A stretch of 64,000 nt of DNA from Octopus vulgaris (GCA_951406725.2 OX597824.1:26970001-27034000), one strand, 5' to 3'. Positions 26,068 through 40,315 are shown, numbered from the stretch's first letter. Notes: generated by a model not told the origin, from the letters alone. Numbers and translations: made by a program.

Positions 26068-26879
26068 CATACATTGCACATTTAAACACATAAGAGGTAT
26101 TCGTCATAGGATTCCTTTCACGCTGGAAGGAACAGTTAAAGTCCAAACCTATGACGAGTACCTCTTATTGTGTTTAAATGTACACTGTATTTTATATGAA
26201 TAATATATAGTCTATTGACAAATTTTTCTACACGCTAGGCCACAGGTAGTAAAAATTTCTAAAATCTTTATTACCCTGATATTATTAATATATATATATA
26301 TAATGTATGTAGCTAGAGTACCTGAAGAATTTAAAATACGAGACTCCTTACATATATATTTAGTATGTAAAAGCGTAATTCCTACTCGCAAATGAAACAC
26401 GTGTAATGGTGAATAAATGATACAAATAAATTGTCCTACTAACTGTCTTATTATACACACACAAACATATAGTAGTTAGTCTTAACGTACTTCAATGAGT
26501 ACATTTTTCACAGGTTCCACCATTCTTCCTCCCGCTTTCCTAATCTCACTTTCTCCATACTTATTATTTTTAGTATATCTTTATTTCTCCTCCTCTTCTT
26601 ACCGTATTTCTCCTCTATCTCACTATTTCTCACTCTCTGTACTTAAGCTCTCCCTTTGTCTCTCTTCTACTGATACCTGCTCTTTCTCCCTCATTATTCT
26701 CCCCCTCTATCTCTCTCTCTCTCTCTCTCTTCGTCAAATACATAAACATGAAGTTATATGAGATAAACACTTTAACAAAACATACACTCATACATGAGTG
26801 TGTGTGGATATATATACATATACACACACAAACACACACACACACACATATATTTTATATATATATATACATATACATA

Positions 26880-27058
26880 TGTAAAAAACAAAAGACGAAG
26901 ACAGGTGGTGTAGACAACAAACAGATGTATTAGTATAACGCTCGAGAAGTGAAAAATGTCTTTAACGTTTCGAGCCTATGCTCTTCCACATAAAGGAACA
27001 CAGAAAGAAACAAGGAGAGAAAATAAAGAATGTGTAGTGACTAGCGATCTATCATGGT
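26880..27058 (-). mobile_element. Penelope-related short element with degenerate hammerhead (same family as 58003-58200)
   Basis: Minus strand cttt-atgtgga-a-gagc-atag-gctc-GAAA-cGTT-aaag; the body matches the 58-kb copy. Confidence 0.7.
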
Positions 27059-27123
<65 letters not shown>

Positions 27124-27457
27124 CTATATGGATAGATAGATATAGATATATATGTGTGCGTGTGTGTGCATCGTTGCTGTTATGCAAAAGTGTCGTAAGT
27201 CCAAAACGTTGTTTCTCAGAAAACGAAGAAATAGCTTCACCATTCCATTTCTATTTACATTAGCAACTGTTTTAGCCAAACAATAATACTTTTGTTGGGT
27301 GCATAAAATCGTAACTTCACGCACGTATAATATTTTCAGTCAGAAATATTTCTGCAAAACTGTCGTTTGTGGGACATACTACACTTTTGAGAAATGGTAC
27401 TCCGTTCTACTACACCTTAACAATTTTTGATATCTTGGCATCTGAAGCTAGGGATAC

Positions 27458-27690
27458 AAGGCGGCGAGCTGGCAGAAACGTTAGCACGCCGGGCGAAAAT
27501 GTGTAGCGTATTTCGTCTGCAGCTACGTTCTGAGTTCAAATTCCGCCGAGGTCGACTTTGCCTTTCATCCTTTCGGGGTCGATTAAATTAGTACCAGTTA
27601 CGCACTGGGGTCGATGTAATTGACTTAATTCCTTTGTCTGTCCTTGTTCGTCCCCTCTATATTTAGCCCCCTGTGGGCAATAAAGAAATA
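27458..27690 (+). mobile_element. SINE family B, full-length monomer
   Basis: ggcggcgagctggcagaaacgttagcacgccgggcg..gagttcaaattcc..gcctttcatcctttcggggtcgat..agtaccag..aataaagaaat. Confidence 0.9.
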
Positions 27691-28154
27691 GATACGATAC
27701 TTTGACCAAATATCGAAAAACGCATTTGGCCAAATTTGGACAGTGCAGTTTAAATTAAAGCAACAACAACAAAAACAAAATACAAATTACAAGAATGTAT
27801 ATAACCAGAAGATACAAATATTACAGGCATCCCCCCCACACACACACACTAAATAAACATAGACGCACATAGAGATATAAGCATGTGCAAATGAAGACAT
27901 ACAATAGAAATACAAAATGGCTGACGGTTAGTAAGGAGAGACACAAGTAAGTGAGAAGAAAACAAAGGACCACTGATGCGGTCACAGGAGTGTGACGAAA
28001 GAACTTTGGCCGAAATAAGATTAAGATTAATGTAAAAAATAAATATCACTGAAGCAAAATAACACCAAATATATAGTGCGTGTGTTTTTATTGGCTAAAC
28101 TGGCAATATGACCATTCCAAAATATAACTATATATATATATATATATATATATA

Positions 28155-28423
28155 CTAGCTGATGTACCTGGTAATTCCCGGGAAAGCGGGACTTATCCCT
28201 TGGTTTCATTCTCATGATTGTTTTGCTAATCCAATAACAACAATACAAAGTTTGTAGTCCTTCAAACGGATTTTGTGCATTTACAGAGAATACCGAACTC
28301 CCTTACACAGGATCTTGTTTTTAGGAATTCCCGATAAGTTATGAATACCCAAATTGTGAAGTCAGTTATGTAATAACGGGAAATTAGTTAGACACACACA
28401 GAATTTCCCACATATGTAGTAGA
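28155..28423 (-). mobile_element. Short non-autonomous Helitron
   Basis: Minus strand A|TCTACTAC.. start; 3' cccgggaattaccagg..gCTAG|T end. Confidence 0.65.
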
Positions 28424-29209
28424 TACACACACACACACATACGCATATATATATATACATATATACATACATATATATATATATATATATGTATGTATAT
28501 GTGTATGTATGTATGTATGTATATATACGTCTGTGTATGTATGTGTGTATGTGAGTATGTACGTACGCGCATAAGGAGTAATCGCAGTGACCTCAGACAC
28601 ACTGTACAATAAATGTAGAGTGCATACAAGAGGTTAAATCCCTGTGGAATATTTCCTCTTATGGACTATGTTTAACCCTCCGATTCTACCTTTCGCCTTC
28701 CATCTACTACTGTCTTGTTGCAAACGTACTAAAACCCAAAGGGGGTCTTTTCTAACTGAAAGATATAAAATAAAATAGGAAACGGGAACAATATTATTTT
28801 GTGTTTCATAAAAAAGAAATCTGTTCATTTCTCACCACAGGATCTCAAATGAAGGCCGCACTCTTAGGTTTTTATAACTGACACCCATGTGAGATGAGAA
28901 AGGGCGAGCGAGTGAGCGACAGAGAGGGAGAGAGAGAGAGAGAAAAGGAAAGAGAGAGAGCGAGTTAGTGAAAGAGTGAGATTGAGAGAAAGTGAGGAAG
29001 AAAAGGAGAGAAGAGAGTGTTCTTAAAATAAACAATAGTAATTGAAACTGAACTGAACTTACGACATATTTGCCGAATGACCTTAAATCATCTTATTGTG
29101 CACGTAATGGTCGTGTGAGGGCCTTTTTTTATGTTCGGAGAGGGTTAGCAAACACGACTGCGTCATCTAGAGATGTAAACATGACTGAAAAGATCTGGGA
29201 CTGTATGAT

Positions 29210-29461
29210 GGTTATCATCATCATCGTGGTCGTCATCATCATCATCATCATCATCGCCGTCATCATCGTCGTTGTCCTGTTCCTCCTCGATCTCATCATC
29301 ATCCCTATCATCATCATCACCATCATCATCATCATCGTCGTCGTCGTCGTCGTTGTCGTCCAGCTGCTCATCCTCCTTCTCATTATTATACCCATCATCA
29401 TCATCTTCATCATCATCCTCCACCTCCTCCTCCTCCCCATCATCATCCTAATCATCATGAA

Positions 29462-29501
<40 letters not shown>

Positions 29502-29545
29502 GTCATCATTATCGTCGTCGTTATCATCAACATAATCCTCGGCAT
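29210..29545. repeat. (CAT/CGT/CCT)n trinucleotide tract
   Basis: Direct reading; source of the poly-I/M/D ORFs. Confidence 0.95.
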
Positions 29546-30488
29546 CAACGTCTGGACGTTACGGTATCAAGTCCTGGGACTCATAAGGCCGATTACCCGA
29601 TTTCCAAAACCTATAAGCAACCGAGATCATAACACTTCTCACCATGACCGTAACACCCTAACCACAAAGCCACACGCCTTCTCTAAGTAGTCTGGGATTA
29701 CGAAGAAAATAATCGATGGCTCATGTCCTATTGTCATTGATAGTGAAAGTACGCATTCGAATTGAACGAAGATTGTATGACGCTTGGGTTAAATAGTGAT
29801 GGGTAAGAGCGACGACGACCTTCGGGAAACTCTGGGCCTCAGTGAAAAATCACCTGGTTGGACTTTCCTGTAGGATTTCGAGCCAGGATCCAAGGATAAT
29901 TTCCTGAAATTGCTAACTCGTCAGTGCTACTGGGTATGGGGGAAAGTATTGTTGATTCGAATAATAGTATTGCCGTTAGCCGCACCGGCCCGAGATGTGC
30001 GCAGAGAAACGAATCCGTTTTCACGCGGTCGGATTCTTCTGATGCATTGCTTCTGAAGATATTTCGAACACCCGCTTTCACTTGTATGACGGATCTACAT
30101 ATCAGCTGAGGCTATCTTGAAGATCTTCTCGCCGCTTTTCTTAGAGCATGGAATGCAGAGAGTTTCTTTTAGGTTGCTATGGGCAAAATCGGTTGAGTGA
30201 TGAACAAGACTGAAATGACTAAAGACAGACACTTCATTTTCGGTCAAGACTTCATCGATTTTTGCAAGTTCTACTTTGAAACGAAGATGAGGCAGGAAGC
30301 GGGGTAGAGATGCTGCCCTCATTAACTTTGCCTTTCATTCTTTCGGGATCGATAAATTAAGTACCAGTGAAACACTGGGATTGATGTAATCGACTAGGGC
30401 CCTCCCCACAAATTTCAGGCTCTGTACCTTTAGTAGTAGGGCTTATTATTATTATAGTTGTTGTTGTTGTTATTGCTCTTCTTCTTGA

Positions 30489-30539
<51 letters not shown>

Positions 30540-30540
<1 letters not shown>

Positions 30541-31119
30541 GAGTGAGAGAGCAATGCATGCCATCAAAGTGACACTGGGGTAGAAATATACGAAGCACAA
30601 TATATACCCATCATGACTACCTGTTTGATAAGAGTACAGCAGGCATATGCAACACAACCACGTGTGCGCGACATGGTGATCTCATATAAAGATATACAGT
30701 GCATGACCTTGCTGGTGGGGCCCAGTTAGAATTTTCTTCAGGTTGAGTAGCCCTTCTCGCTCAAAAGGTCCCTGAATAAGGTTTGTTTAAGGATGTTGAA
30801 CGAAACATCCATGTTTCCAGAGAGATGTTTTTCAAACCCTACAGAATCCCTCTCAACCCATGGCTATGATACTCCCCCACTACTTCTGCACGTGATCAGA
30901 GACGCCTATATCGTTAGCCACCAAGGGACATGCTCAAATGGTTAAGGCCAAACAACCAACAAGCAAATCTGTGGTACTGAGCAGAATATTTGCTGTAGCC
31001 CATCTTTTATACCAAGACAAAACAATGTACATGATAACACTTCCAATCGGTTAAGATCAGAAGCCATGAGAGCCACTGCCTGGTACTGCATCGGGGCATT
31101 TGTACTGCATCAGGGCATC

Positions 31120-31120
<1 letters not shown>
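30540..31120 (-). mobile_element. ~580-bp interspersed element embedded in (TAA)n
   Basis: Long (TTA)n on both sides; partial second copy at 11500-11680; 5' end has a short tandem gtactgcatcRgggcat; orientation inferred from a presumed (TAA)n tail. Confidence 0.7.
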
Positions 31121-31176
<56 letters not shown>

Positions 31177-31233
31177 GTTTAATTTATTATTATTATTATT
31201 ATTATTATTAGTTTAATTTATTATTATTATTAC

Positions 31234-31288
<55 letters not shown>

Positions 31289-32454
31289 TTAATTTTTATT
31301 ATTATTGAGAAATTGAAGAACAAGAAAGGTGAACCACTGTTATCGGTTTTGAATTATTACAAACGGTCCTCCCCCTCCTCTTCTTCCTCCTCCCTATCCT
31401 CCTCCTCTTCATGATGTTGATGATGATGATCATGACCAATCATCATCATCATCAAGATAATCTTCATTACAATCAGGACAGAATGTTAAAAACAACAAAG
31501 TAAACAACAAGTGTACGTATGTGTATGTGTATGCGTATGTGTTCGTGTGTGTGTTAAATGTGTATAGCATGCGTGTGGTGTGTTTAATTGTGCCTGCATG
31601 TGTGCGCATGTGTAAAAGTGTGTGAGAAAGAAAGTTGCACAGTTGTTGCAGTAGTAATCCGTCAGTAAAGATAAGGGGAGATATGGACAGTCAAAAGTAA
31701 AGGCAGCCGCCTGTGGGGCGGTGTGAACGTGGTAGAACATAAGCCAGCTGGTAGATGGTATCTTATTGAAGGAATGAGGTCTAAGAGAACGATTAAGGGT
31801 GTGAATGTCTGAGGGAGAGGAGTTGACTGAGGGAGTAAAAATAAGAGAAGCATTGAAAGTTTAATTGATAGAGAGACGAGAAGTGGCTAAGAGTGAGAGA
31901 CAGTGAAGGAGAGGGAGAGAGAGAATAGAGAGACGTTAAAGGCATAAGTATAAAAAAGGAAATGAAAGGGAAAAGGGAACAGAAAAATTGGAAATGAGAA
32001 AAAGAGAAAATGAGAAATGAGAAAAAGAAGAAGAAAACGTGAAAAAGAAAGAGGAAAACAAAACAGCAGTGCGAGGAAAAGAAGCGAGGACAATAAAAAG
32101 TACATAAATAATAATGATTTCCGATTTGGGCCCAAGATCAGCAATTTTTCAAGAATAGGGTTAGTCGATTCCATTGACCCTAAAATTTGACCGATATTTT
32201 ATCTTATTGATCCCGAAAGTATGAAAGGTAAGATCGACCCTGGCAAGTAAAAGATTAATTTTGTTATTTGAGAAATTTGATCTCTTTATTAACTACTGAC
32301 AGAAAAAATTTATGAAACCTATGTAACCGAATCAAATAATACCTTGGAAACTGAACTTTAACGTACCCTGTACAGGAAAAGAGTTCTGATATTGTTTTCT
32401 GGTCTTGCAATGTCATGAAGGCCTGTTTGTCTGTCTGCCTCTTCACAACATATT

Positions 32455-32885
32455 GGTTTCAAATTTTAGCACACAAGGCCAAAAATTTCAAGGGAGGCGC
32501 TAAGTCGATTACATAGACCCCAGTGATCAACTGGTACGCATTTTATCAACCCTGGCGGGATAAGACGTAAGGTCGACCTCAGCGGAATTTGAACTCTGAA
32601 CGTAAAGACGAAGGAAAAACCGCTGAGCACTTTTCCCGGCTTGCTAACGATTCTGCCAGATCGATGACTTAAAAACCGAAACTAATATTGATTTCAAATT
32701 TTGGCACAAGGCCAGCAATTACAGAAGAGCGGGTAAGTCGATTACATCGATGCCAGTGATCAGTTGGTATTTATTTTACCGACACTGAAAGGATGAAAGA
32801 AAGGCAAAGTCAATCTCGTCGGAATTTGGACTTAGAAGATGGACGGAATACTGCTGAGCATTTTGCCTGGTGTGATAACGTTGCC
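32455..32885 (-). mobile_element. Two tandem degenerate SINE family B copies
   Basis: Twice: tttcaaatttt.gcaca..taagtcgattacat..cagtgatca..ctggta..gtcgacctc..ggaattt. Confidence 0.75.
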
Positions 32886-32929
32886 TTCCCTCCTATACAT
32901 TGCCAAATATCACATTTGTGCTCATTACC

Positions 32930-33410
32930 TTCTTATCATCTCGAAAGAGTCCAGAAGCTGGCTACCCGTGTGGTTCTTGATCTTAAGCATTTGTCTTATG
33001 AAGAAAGGCGGAAGACGCTCGACCTTTATTCTCTAGAAAAACGACGACGCCGTGGTGATCTCATTCTTGCTCACAACATCATAAGCGGCGGAAAGTGTAA
33101 CCTTTCGAAAGAGCTGTTCTTCACTCCTGCTCCAGAGCGTCGGCTGCGGGGTCACTCCGAAAAGCTCTATCCGCGACGATTTCATCTCAGTCGGAGAGGA
33201 GCTTTCTCCGTCCGGGTTGTGGATCCGTGGAATAAGCTGCCGGACGAGATAGTGAAGATGCCGACGACCGCTCGGTTCAAAGTCTCTCTTGACCAGAAAT
33301 GGCCTGAACTCTTTGCATGAACACCCTCCATGTACATAACTCCATGTCCGCCTACATGGCCTTGCTTTTTGCTTTTTGAGCCAAAAAATTAACTTAACTT
33401 AACTTAACTT
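32930..33410 (+). mobile_element. 5'-truncated CR1/L2-group LINE (ORF2 C-terminus, 3' UTR, (AACTT)n tail)
   Basis: LERVQKLATR..LSYEER..LDLYSLEKRRRRGDLI..RLRGHSEKL..FSVRVVDPWNKLP is the typical post-RT C-terminus; ends in aacttaacttaacttaactt. Confidence 0.92.
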
Positions 33411-33654
33411 ATACAGAGACATGACGTTGACGATTAGCCGAGTCATATATTCTGGAAATAATATTTCCCCCAAATACATTTCTAATTTACATAATTATTT
33501 AAATGAAGTATTTTTCTAATTAGTATCATTTGCAACTGTCAATTGGAGCGCTTGGAGGTAGTGGTGGTTGTGGTGGGCGTTATAATGTATTCATAAATTT
33601 TTCTGTCAGTAGTTAATAAAAAGATCAAATTTCTCAAATAACAAAATTAATCTT

Positions 33655-34215
33655 TGACTTCTTTCAATCATTGGACTGCAACCATCATAATAGGACCACC
33701 GCTTTGAAGGGTTTAGTCAAACATATCGAACATGTCGATCCCAGACCTTAGTTGTAAAGTCTGGTACATTTCTATCGGTCTCTTAAGACAAATCGCTAGG
33801 TGACAGGGACGTAAACAAACCATTACAGGTTGTCAAGCGGTGGAGGGCACAAACACAAAGACACACAAACACACATATATATATATGCTAGAGAGATACA
33901 TACATACATACATACAAACATACATACATACATACATACATACATACATACATACATACATACATACATACATACATACATACATACGACGGGCTTCTTT
34001 CAGTTTCCGTCAACCAAATCCACTCACAAGGCTTTGGTTGGCCCGAGGCTATAGTATATATATATATATATATATCGTATCCATGATGGTGTTCAGTCTA
34101 CAAGTTACTAGTCGGCCCGCAACTATGATAGGAGACTCGTACCCACGATGACGCGCAGTGGGACGGAACCTGAAACCACGTAGTTGTAGAGATAGCTGCT
34201 TAACCACACAGCCAC
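33655..34215 (-). mobile_element. SINE family A (with internal (TACA)n and a secondary rearrangement)
   Basis: gacgggcttctttcagtttccgtcaaccaaatccactcacaaggctttgg..gcagtgggacggaacc. Confidence 0.8.
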
Positions 34216-34392
34216 ATAAAATAAATAAATGAATAAATATATAGATAAATAAATAAAAGCATATAGCCTTAGACCTCCACCTTAGACAATACGTTTCTAT
34301 ATAAAATTCCAGCAATCTACGTGAAAAAATATAGCTTATATATTTTGTCTAACATTCTATTTCCATGCGTTGTTTCGTGTTTGGTAATGGAT

Positions 34393-34774
34393 GGAAGCAC
34401 TCCGTCGGTTACGACGACGAGTGTTCCGGTTGATCCGAATCAACGGAACAGCCTGCTCGTGAAATTAACGTGTAAGTGGCTGAGCACTCCACAGACACGT
34501 GTACCCTTAACGTAGTTCTCAGGGATATTCAGCGTGACACAGAGAGTGACAAGGCCGGCCCTTTGAAATACAGGTACAACAGAAACAGGAAGTAAGAGTG
34601 AGAGAAAGTTGTGGTGAAAGAGTACAGCAGGGATCACCACCATCCCCTGCCGGAACCTCGTGGAGCTTTAGGTGTTTTCGCTCAATAAACACTCACAACA
34701 CCCAGTCTGGGAATCGAAACCGCGATCCTATGACCGCGAGTCCGCTGCCCTAACCACTGGGCCATTGCGCCTCC
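34393..34774 (-). mobile_element. SINE family C2, young full-length copy
   Basis: Near-identical to 9577-9960; 11-bp TSD tgtttggtaat (34378-34388 / 34775-34785). Confidence 0.92.
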
Positions 34775-34973
34775 TGTTTGGTAATATAACAGTGATCTAA
34801 GGGAATTTCGGCTGTTATTTCAAGTAAATTAATCGACCATCTATGGGTTCTATGCTTAGCTTGATGTTGTGTTCCTATACAACTGACAGGCGAATGTCTG
34901 CTTGTGTGTGTATGTGGTGGTGAGTGTGTATGTGTGTGTGTGTATGTGTGTGTATGTGTGTGTGTGAGTGTGA

Positions 34974-35270
34974 GTGCATTTGTCTGTGTGTGAGCGCTGC
35001 GCGACTGTGTATCATCAGTGTGTGTATGATTCGTTAGTATGTGTGTCTGTGTGTGTGTGTGCGCGTGTATGAATCGTCAGTATATGTGAGTGTGTGCATC
35101 ATCAGCATGTGTGTGCGTGTGTGTGCGTGCATTTGTCTGTGTGTGTGTACTGCGCGACTCTGTATCATCAGTGTGTGTATGATTCGTTAGTATGTGTGCC
35201 TGTGTGTGTGTGCGCGTGTATGAATCGTCAGTATATGTGAGTGTGTGCATCATCAGCATGTTTGTGTGTG
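34974..35270. repeat. Tandem duplication (~150 bp x2)
   Basis: tgcgcgact.tgtatcatcagtgtgtgtatgattcgttagtat..gaatcgtcagtatatgtgagtgtgtgcatcatcagcatg occurs twice. Confidence 0.9.
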
Positions 35271-35301
35271 TGTGTGTGTGTGTGCGTGTGTGTGCGTCCG
35301 T

Positions 35302-35336
<35 letters not shown>

Positions 35337-35574
35337 TGTGCACGGACGTGTATTTGTGTGCGTGTGTTCGTATAAGCCAGAATATCTGTTTGAAGGGGGA
35401 TAAGTTTGTCAGAATGTCTACGTGTATGCATGTATGTATGTATGTATGTATGTATGTATGTATGTATGTATGTATGTATGTATGTTAATATCTATAAATA
35501 ATAGCATTATGTTTGTATATTTGCCAGTATGTATGTTAGTGTCTATGCATGCTAATGCGTATGTATGTTAGTAT

Positions 35575-35982
35575 GAGCTGGCAGAAACGTTAGCACGCCG
35601 GGCGAAATGCTTAGCGGTATTTCGTCTCCGGCTACGTTCTGAGTTCAAATTCCGCCGAGGTCGACTTTGCCTTTCATCCTTTCGGGGTCGATTAAATTAG
35701 TACCAGTTACTCACTGGGGTCGATGTAATCGACTTAATCCGTGTGTCTGTCCTTGTTTGTCCTCTCTGTGTTTAGCCCCTTGTGGGTAGTAAAGAAATAG
35801 GTATTTCGTCTGCCGCTACGTTCTGAGTTCAAATGCCGCCGAGGTCGACTTTGCTTTTCATCCTTTCGGGGTCAATAAATTAAGTACCAGTTACGCACTC
35901 GAGTCGATGTAATCGACTTAATCTGTTTGTCTGTCCTTGTTTGTCCTCTCTATGTTTAGCCCCTTGTGGGTAGTAAAGAAAT
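35575..35982 (+). mobile_element. SINE family B dimer
   Basis: Two units joined by gtaaagaaataggtatttcgtctgccgctacg. Confidence 0.9.
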
Positions 35983-36097
35983 ATATATATGTAAGATAGT
36001 ATATATGTATGTTTAGATAAATATATGTATAGATATGCGTACTTTATGAACGAACGGATGGATATATGAATATACGTATGTATGTATGTATAGTATG

Positions 36098-36129
<32 letters not shown>

Positions 36130-36314
36130 TGTATGTATGTATGTATACGGCAATCCCTCGACTATCGTGGGTGTTATGTTTCAAAGCCAGGAACTTTTCA
36201 GCACCCTCTGTGTGTGTACGTATGTGTATGTACCCTGTGTGTGTGTGTGTACGTGTGTATTAGTGAGCTTCTGTTAGTGTATGTGCATGTTTGTATTTGT
36301 TTATATATATTTTT

Positions 36315-36980
<666 letters not shown>

Positions 36981-38104
36981 ATAAATATATATATATATAT
37001 GTATGTCTGTGTGTGTGTGTGAGTGTGAGTGTTTGTGTGTGTGTATGTGTGTGTATGTGTGTGTGCGTGTGTTTCTTCGATTCCATGTTTGTGAATGAGA
37101 ATGTATGTATGTGTATGTATGTATGTATAGGTAGGTATCCTTTAACTGTAGATACTAGTGTATTTGTGTGCGCTGGTATGTGTGTGTATGGGTATGTGTT
37201 GTGCATGCGCCTCTCTCAATGCTTATATATGCTTGTGTTATGTGTGCGCCTCTCTGTGCATTCGTGTATGTATGTGCGCGCCCTTGTGCGTGTGTGTCTG
37301 TGTGTGCGTGTGTGTATGTGTGTGTTGCAGTGAACATATTTGAGCGAAAAAACCATAAATGTCGTTTTGAAGCTCGTCCGCGCGTACCTACCTGTATTAC
37401 TTACTACATGTGTGTGTTTGAGTGTTTGCATGTGTGTGTGTGTACGTCTCCATATGCGTGTGTGTATGTGTGTGTGTGTATGTGTGTGTGTATGTGTGTG
37501 TGTGTATGTGTGTGTGTGTATGTGTGTATGTGTGTGTGCATGTGTGTGTGTGTATGTGTGTGTGTGTATGTGAGTGTGTGTATGTGTGTGTGTGTGTATG
37601 TGTGTATGTGAGTGTGTGTATGTGTGTGTGTGTGTGAGTGTGTGTGTATGTGTGTGTGTATGTGTGTGTGTATGTGGGTGTGTATGTGTGTGTGTGTGTG
37701 TGTGTGTTTCTCTGTGTGTGTGTGTGTGTGTTTGCATTGTTCGTAAATGCCTTATGTACGTGTGTGTCCTGTATCTCGGCGAAGATCTTACAAAAATACA
37801 CTGTGCTCGAAATGTGAAAGCTGACAATTTCTGGGCAGTGTGGTGGTATATGGCTTCGTAAATTAAGTTATAGCTACGTCAGTGAATGTCGAGCGGACAC
37901 CTGTTTCCTCCCGTTGAAAGAGCTCGTGCGTGGAAGGTGTTTGAGAAGGTGGTGGTGGTGGTGGTGGTGGTGGTGGTGGTGGTAGCGGTGGTGGGGGTTG
38001 CATTGTAATCGTTGGTGTCCAGTGTGAGATGTGAGATGTACCGGTCAATATCACATCGAAAAACAAACGCGCACGTACACTCATACATACACAGACACGA
38101 ACAA

Positions 38105-38212
<108 letters not shown>

Positions 38213-38220
38213 ATATGTAT

Positions 38221-38433
38221 ATTTGTACAAATTTCAAAATGTGACCGTTGGCGATTTTTTTCCTCCGTCTTCCCTTCTCTGGATCTTTCCTTTTCCTATG
38301 TTTCTGACGAAGAGCTCCGCTCGAAACGTAAAACCCTCCTTCTTCCCTTCCTTCCTGAGCGTCCAAAAATACTATATTTGTTCCACGTCCTCGCGTTGTT
38401 GTGTTTTCTCTTGATGTTTTCATGTTTGGATTA

Positions 38434-38438
<5 letters not shown>
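38221..38438 (+). mobile_element. Penelope-related short element in (TA)n
   Basis: Flanked by (TA)n; contains a hammerhead and the ttcctgagcg motif shared with 58003-58200. Confidence 0.7.
38300..38334 (+). ncRNA. Minimal type I hammerhead ribozyme (canonical core)
   Basis: gttt-CTGACGA-a-gagc-tcc-gctc-GAAA-cGTA-aaac. Confidence 0.75.
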
Positions 38439-38485
<47 letters not shown>

Positions 38486-38533
38486 TATATATAGATATAT
38501 ATGTATAAGTAGATATATATGTATATATCAATC

Positions 38534-38577
<44 letters not shown>

Positions 38578-38658
38578 TATATATATATATAAATATATAT
38601 ATGTGTGTGTGTGTGTGTGTATGTATATAATATATGTGTCTATGTATGTATGTATATA

Positions 38659-38882
38659 CAGCGTTGCAATAAAGTCACTATACACTTACGTATAATAAAA
38701 AATGCAAAGCAAAATCTGAAAAAAATGCAACGCGATACACCCGACACAGAAACAGGTTCACGACTCTAGCTTATAAATCATCAATAAACCAGAACCATTT
38801 TAATAATAAATTTCTGGACTAGATTAGATTAATTGCTTTGTCTTAATTGTTATTGTAACTGCGTAGTGACTTTATTGCCAGC

Positions 38883-38884
<2 letters not shown>
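38659..38884. mobile_element. Tc1/mariner-type MITE
   Basis: TIRs gcaataaagtcactatacacttac / gtaactgcgtagtgactttattgc, in TA context. Confidence 0.7.
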
Positions 38885-38917
<33 letters not shown>

Positions 38918-39345
38918 ATGTGTGTGTGTGTAAATATGTATGTATATACATACATATATATATATATATAGAACTTACTTGGAGGAGATGAAACGAAACG
39001 AAACGAATCGAATCGACGCGAGGGCGCTCAGTCATACAATAGTGTAATAAATAAAATATATGCATACATACATACATATATGTACGTACCTACATCTACA
39101 TGTATATATACATGCATATATAAAAATATATACGTGAGTACAGGACACCACAAATAGACGTAGAACTCAACGAGAAACGAAAACGTAAAAACAAACGTGG
39201 AAACGGACCTAAACGAAAAAAAAACAGAGTACAAGACAAACTACACAAGGAAAAATTCCCTATCATCAGCTGTCCCTAGTTCAACTCCAGCGGGCTTCGA
39301 GGGTGAGGACAGTTTCCGGCGTGTATATAGTCGTTGACTCAATGA

Positions 39346-39382
39346 CTATTGAAAAGGTTGCAAGAACCAACGAAATATTTAG
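39346..39382 (+). ncRNA. Minimal hammerhead motif, U3-A8 variant
   Basis: cta-TTGAAAA-g-gttg-caagaac-caac-GAAA-tATT-tag: stem I cta/tag, same spacing as the canonical copies. Confidence 0.55.
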
Positions 39383-39560
39383 AGAAAATTAATAAAATAA
39401 ATAACTAAATGAATGGAAATAAAAGCGGTGTGTGTGTTAAATAGAAAGGCACTAAAAGACAATGAATCTCCCCAGACACCATAATGTATATATATATATA
39501 CATACATACATACATATATATACATATATATACATAGACACCATAATGTATATATATATC

Positions 39561-39602
<42 letters not shown>

Positions 39603-39847
39603 CATACATATATATATACATATATATATATATACATATATATACATTTATATACCTATATATACACACACATACACCAGAGATGTGTCGCCGAGATAGG
39701 TAGGGTAGGAAGTGAATAAAATAGCTCGATAGCAACGTTTTCCTCTTATTATGACAAAATATGCACCTAATTCAATAAAATTATGAGGATTAATCTGATT
39801 ACTATGCATAAAATGCAAAATATTTTATTTTATTTTTTTGTCGATAT

Positions 39848-40315
39848 AGGTGTAGGAGTGGCTGTGTGGTAAGTAGCTGGCTTACGTACAACATGGTTCC
39901 GCGTTCAGTCCTATTGCGTGGCATCTTGAGCAAGTGACTTCTATTATAGCTTCGGACCGACCAAAGCCTTGTGAATAGATTTGGTAGACGGAAACTGAAA
40001 ATATAAATTAATCATATGTATTGGCTTAAGTCTTTCATTGTTTGATTTGCCTTATAGTGGTTTTGTCTCTAATTTAATATAATATATATATATATATATA
40101 TGAATGTATGTGTGTGTATATGTTTATGTGTCTGTATTTGTCCCCACAACATTGCTTGACAACCGATGCTGCTGTGTTTACGTCCCCGTAACCTAGCGGT
40201 TCGGCAAAAGAACCCGAAAGAATAAGTACTAGACTTACAAAGAATAAGTCCTGTGGTCGATTAAAGGCGGTAGTCCAGCATGGCCACAGTCAAATGACTG
40301 AAAGAAGTAAAAGTA
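39848..40315 (+). mobile_element. SINE family A, near full length
   Basis: aggagtggctgtgtggtaagtagc..gttcagtcc..gatttggtagacggaaactgaaa..cagcatggccacagtcaaatgactgaaa. Confidence 0.9.

Larger units (their letters stand above)
32245..33660. repeat. ~70-bp inverted repeat pair 1.3 kb apart
   Basis: 32245-32317 is the near-exact reverse complement of 33590-33660. Confidence 0.85.

Noticed and set aside
29070-29690. 206-aa hydrophobic ORF and overlapping poly-M/poly-D ORFs
   Set aside because: Product of a (CAT)n tract, not a membrane protein
32793-33320. 175-aa ORF as a functional gene
   Set aside because: Chance fusion of antisense SINE sequence to a truncated LINE ORF2 C-terminus
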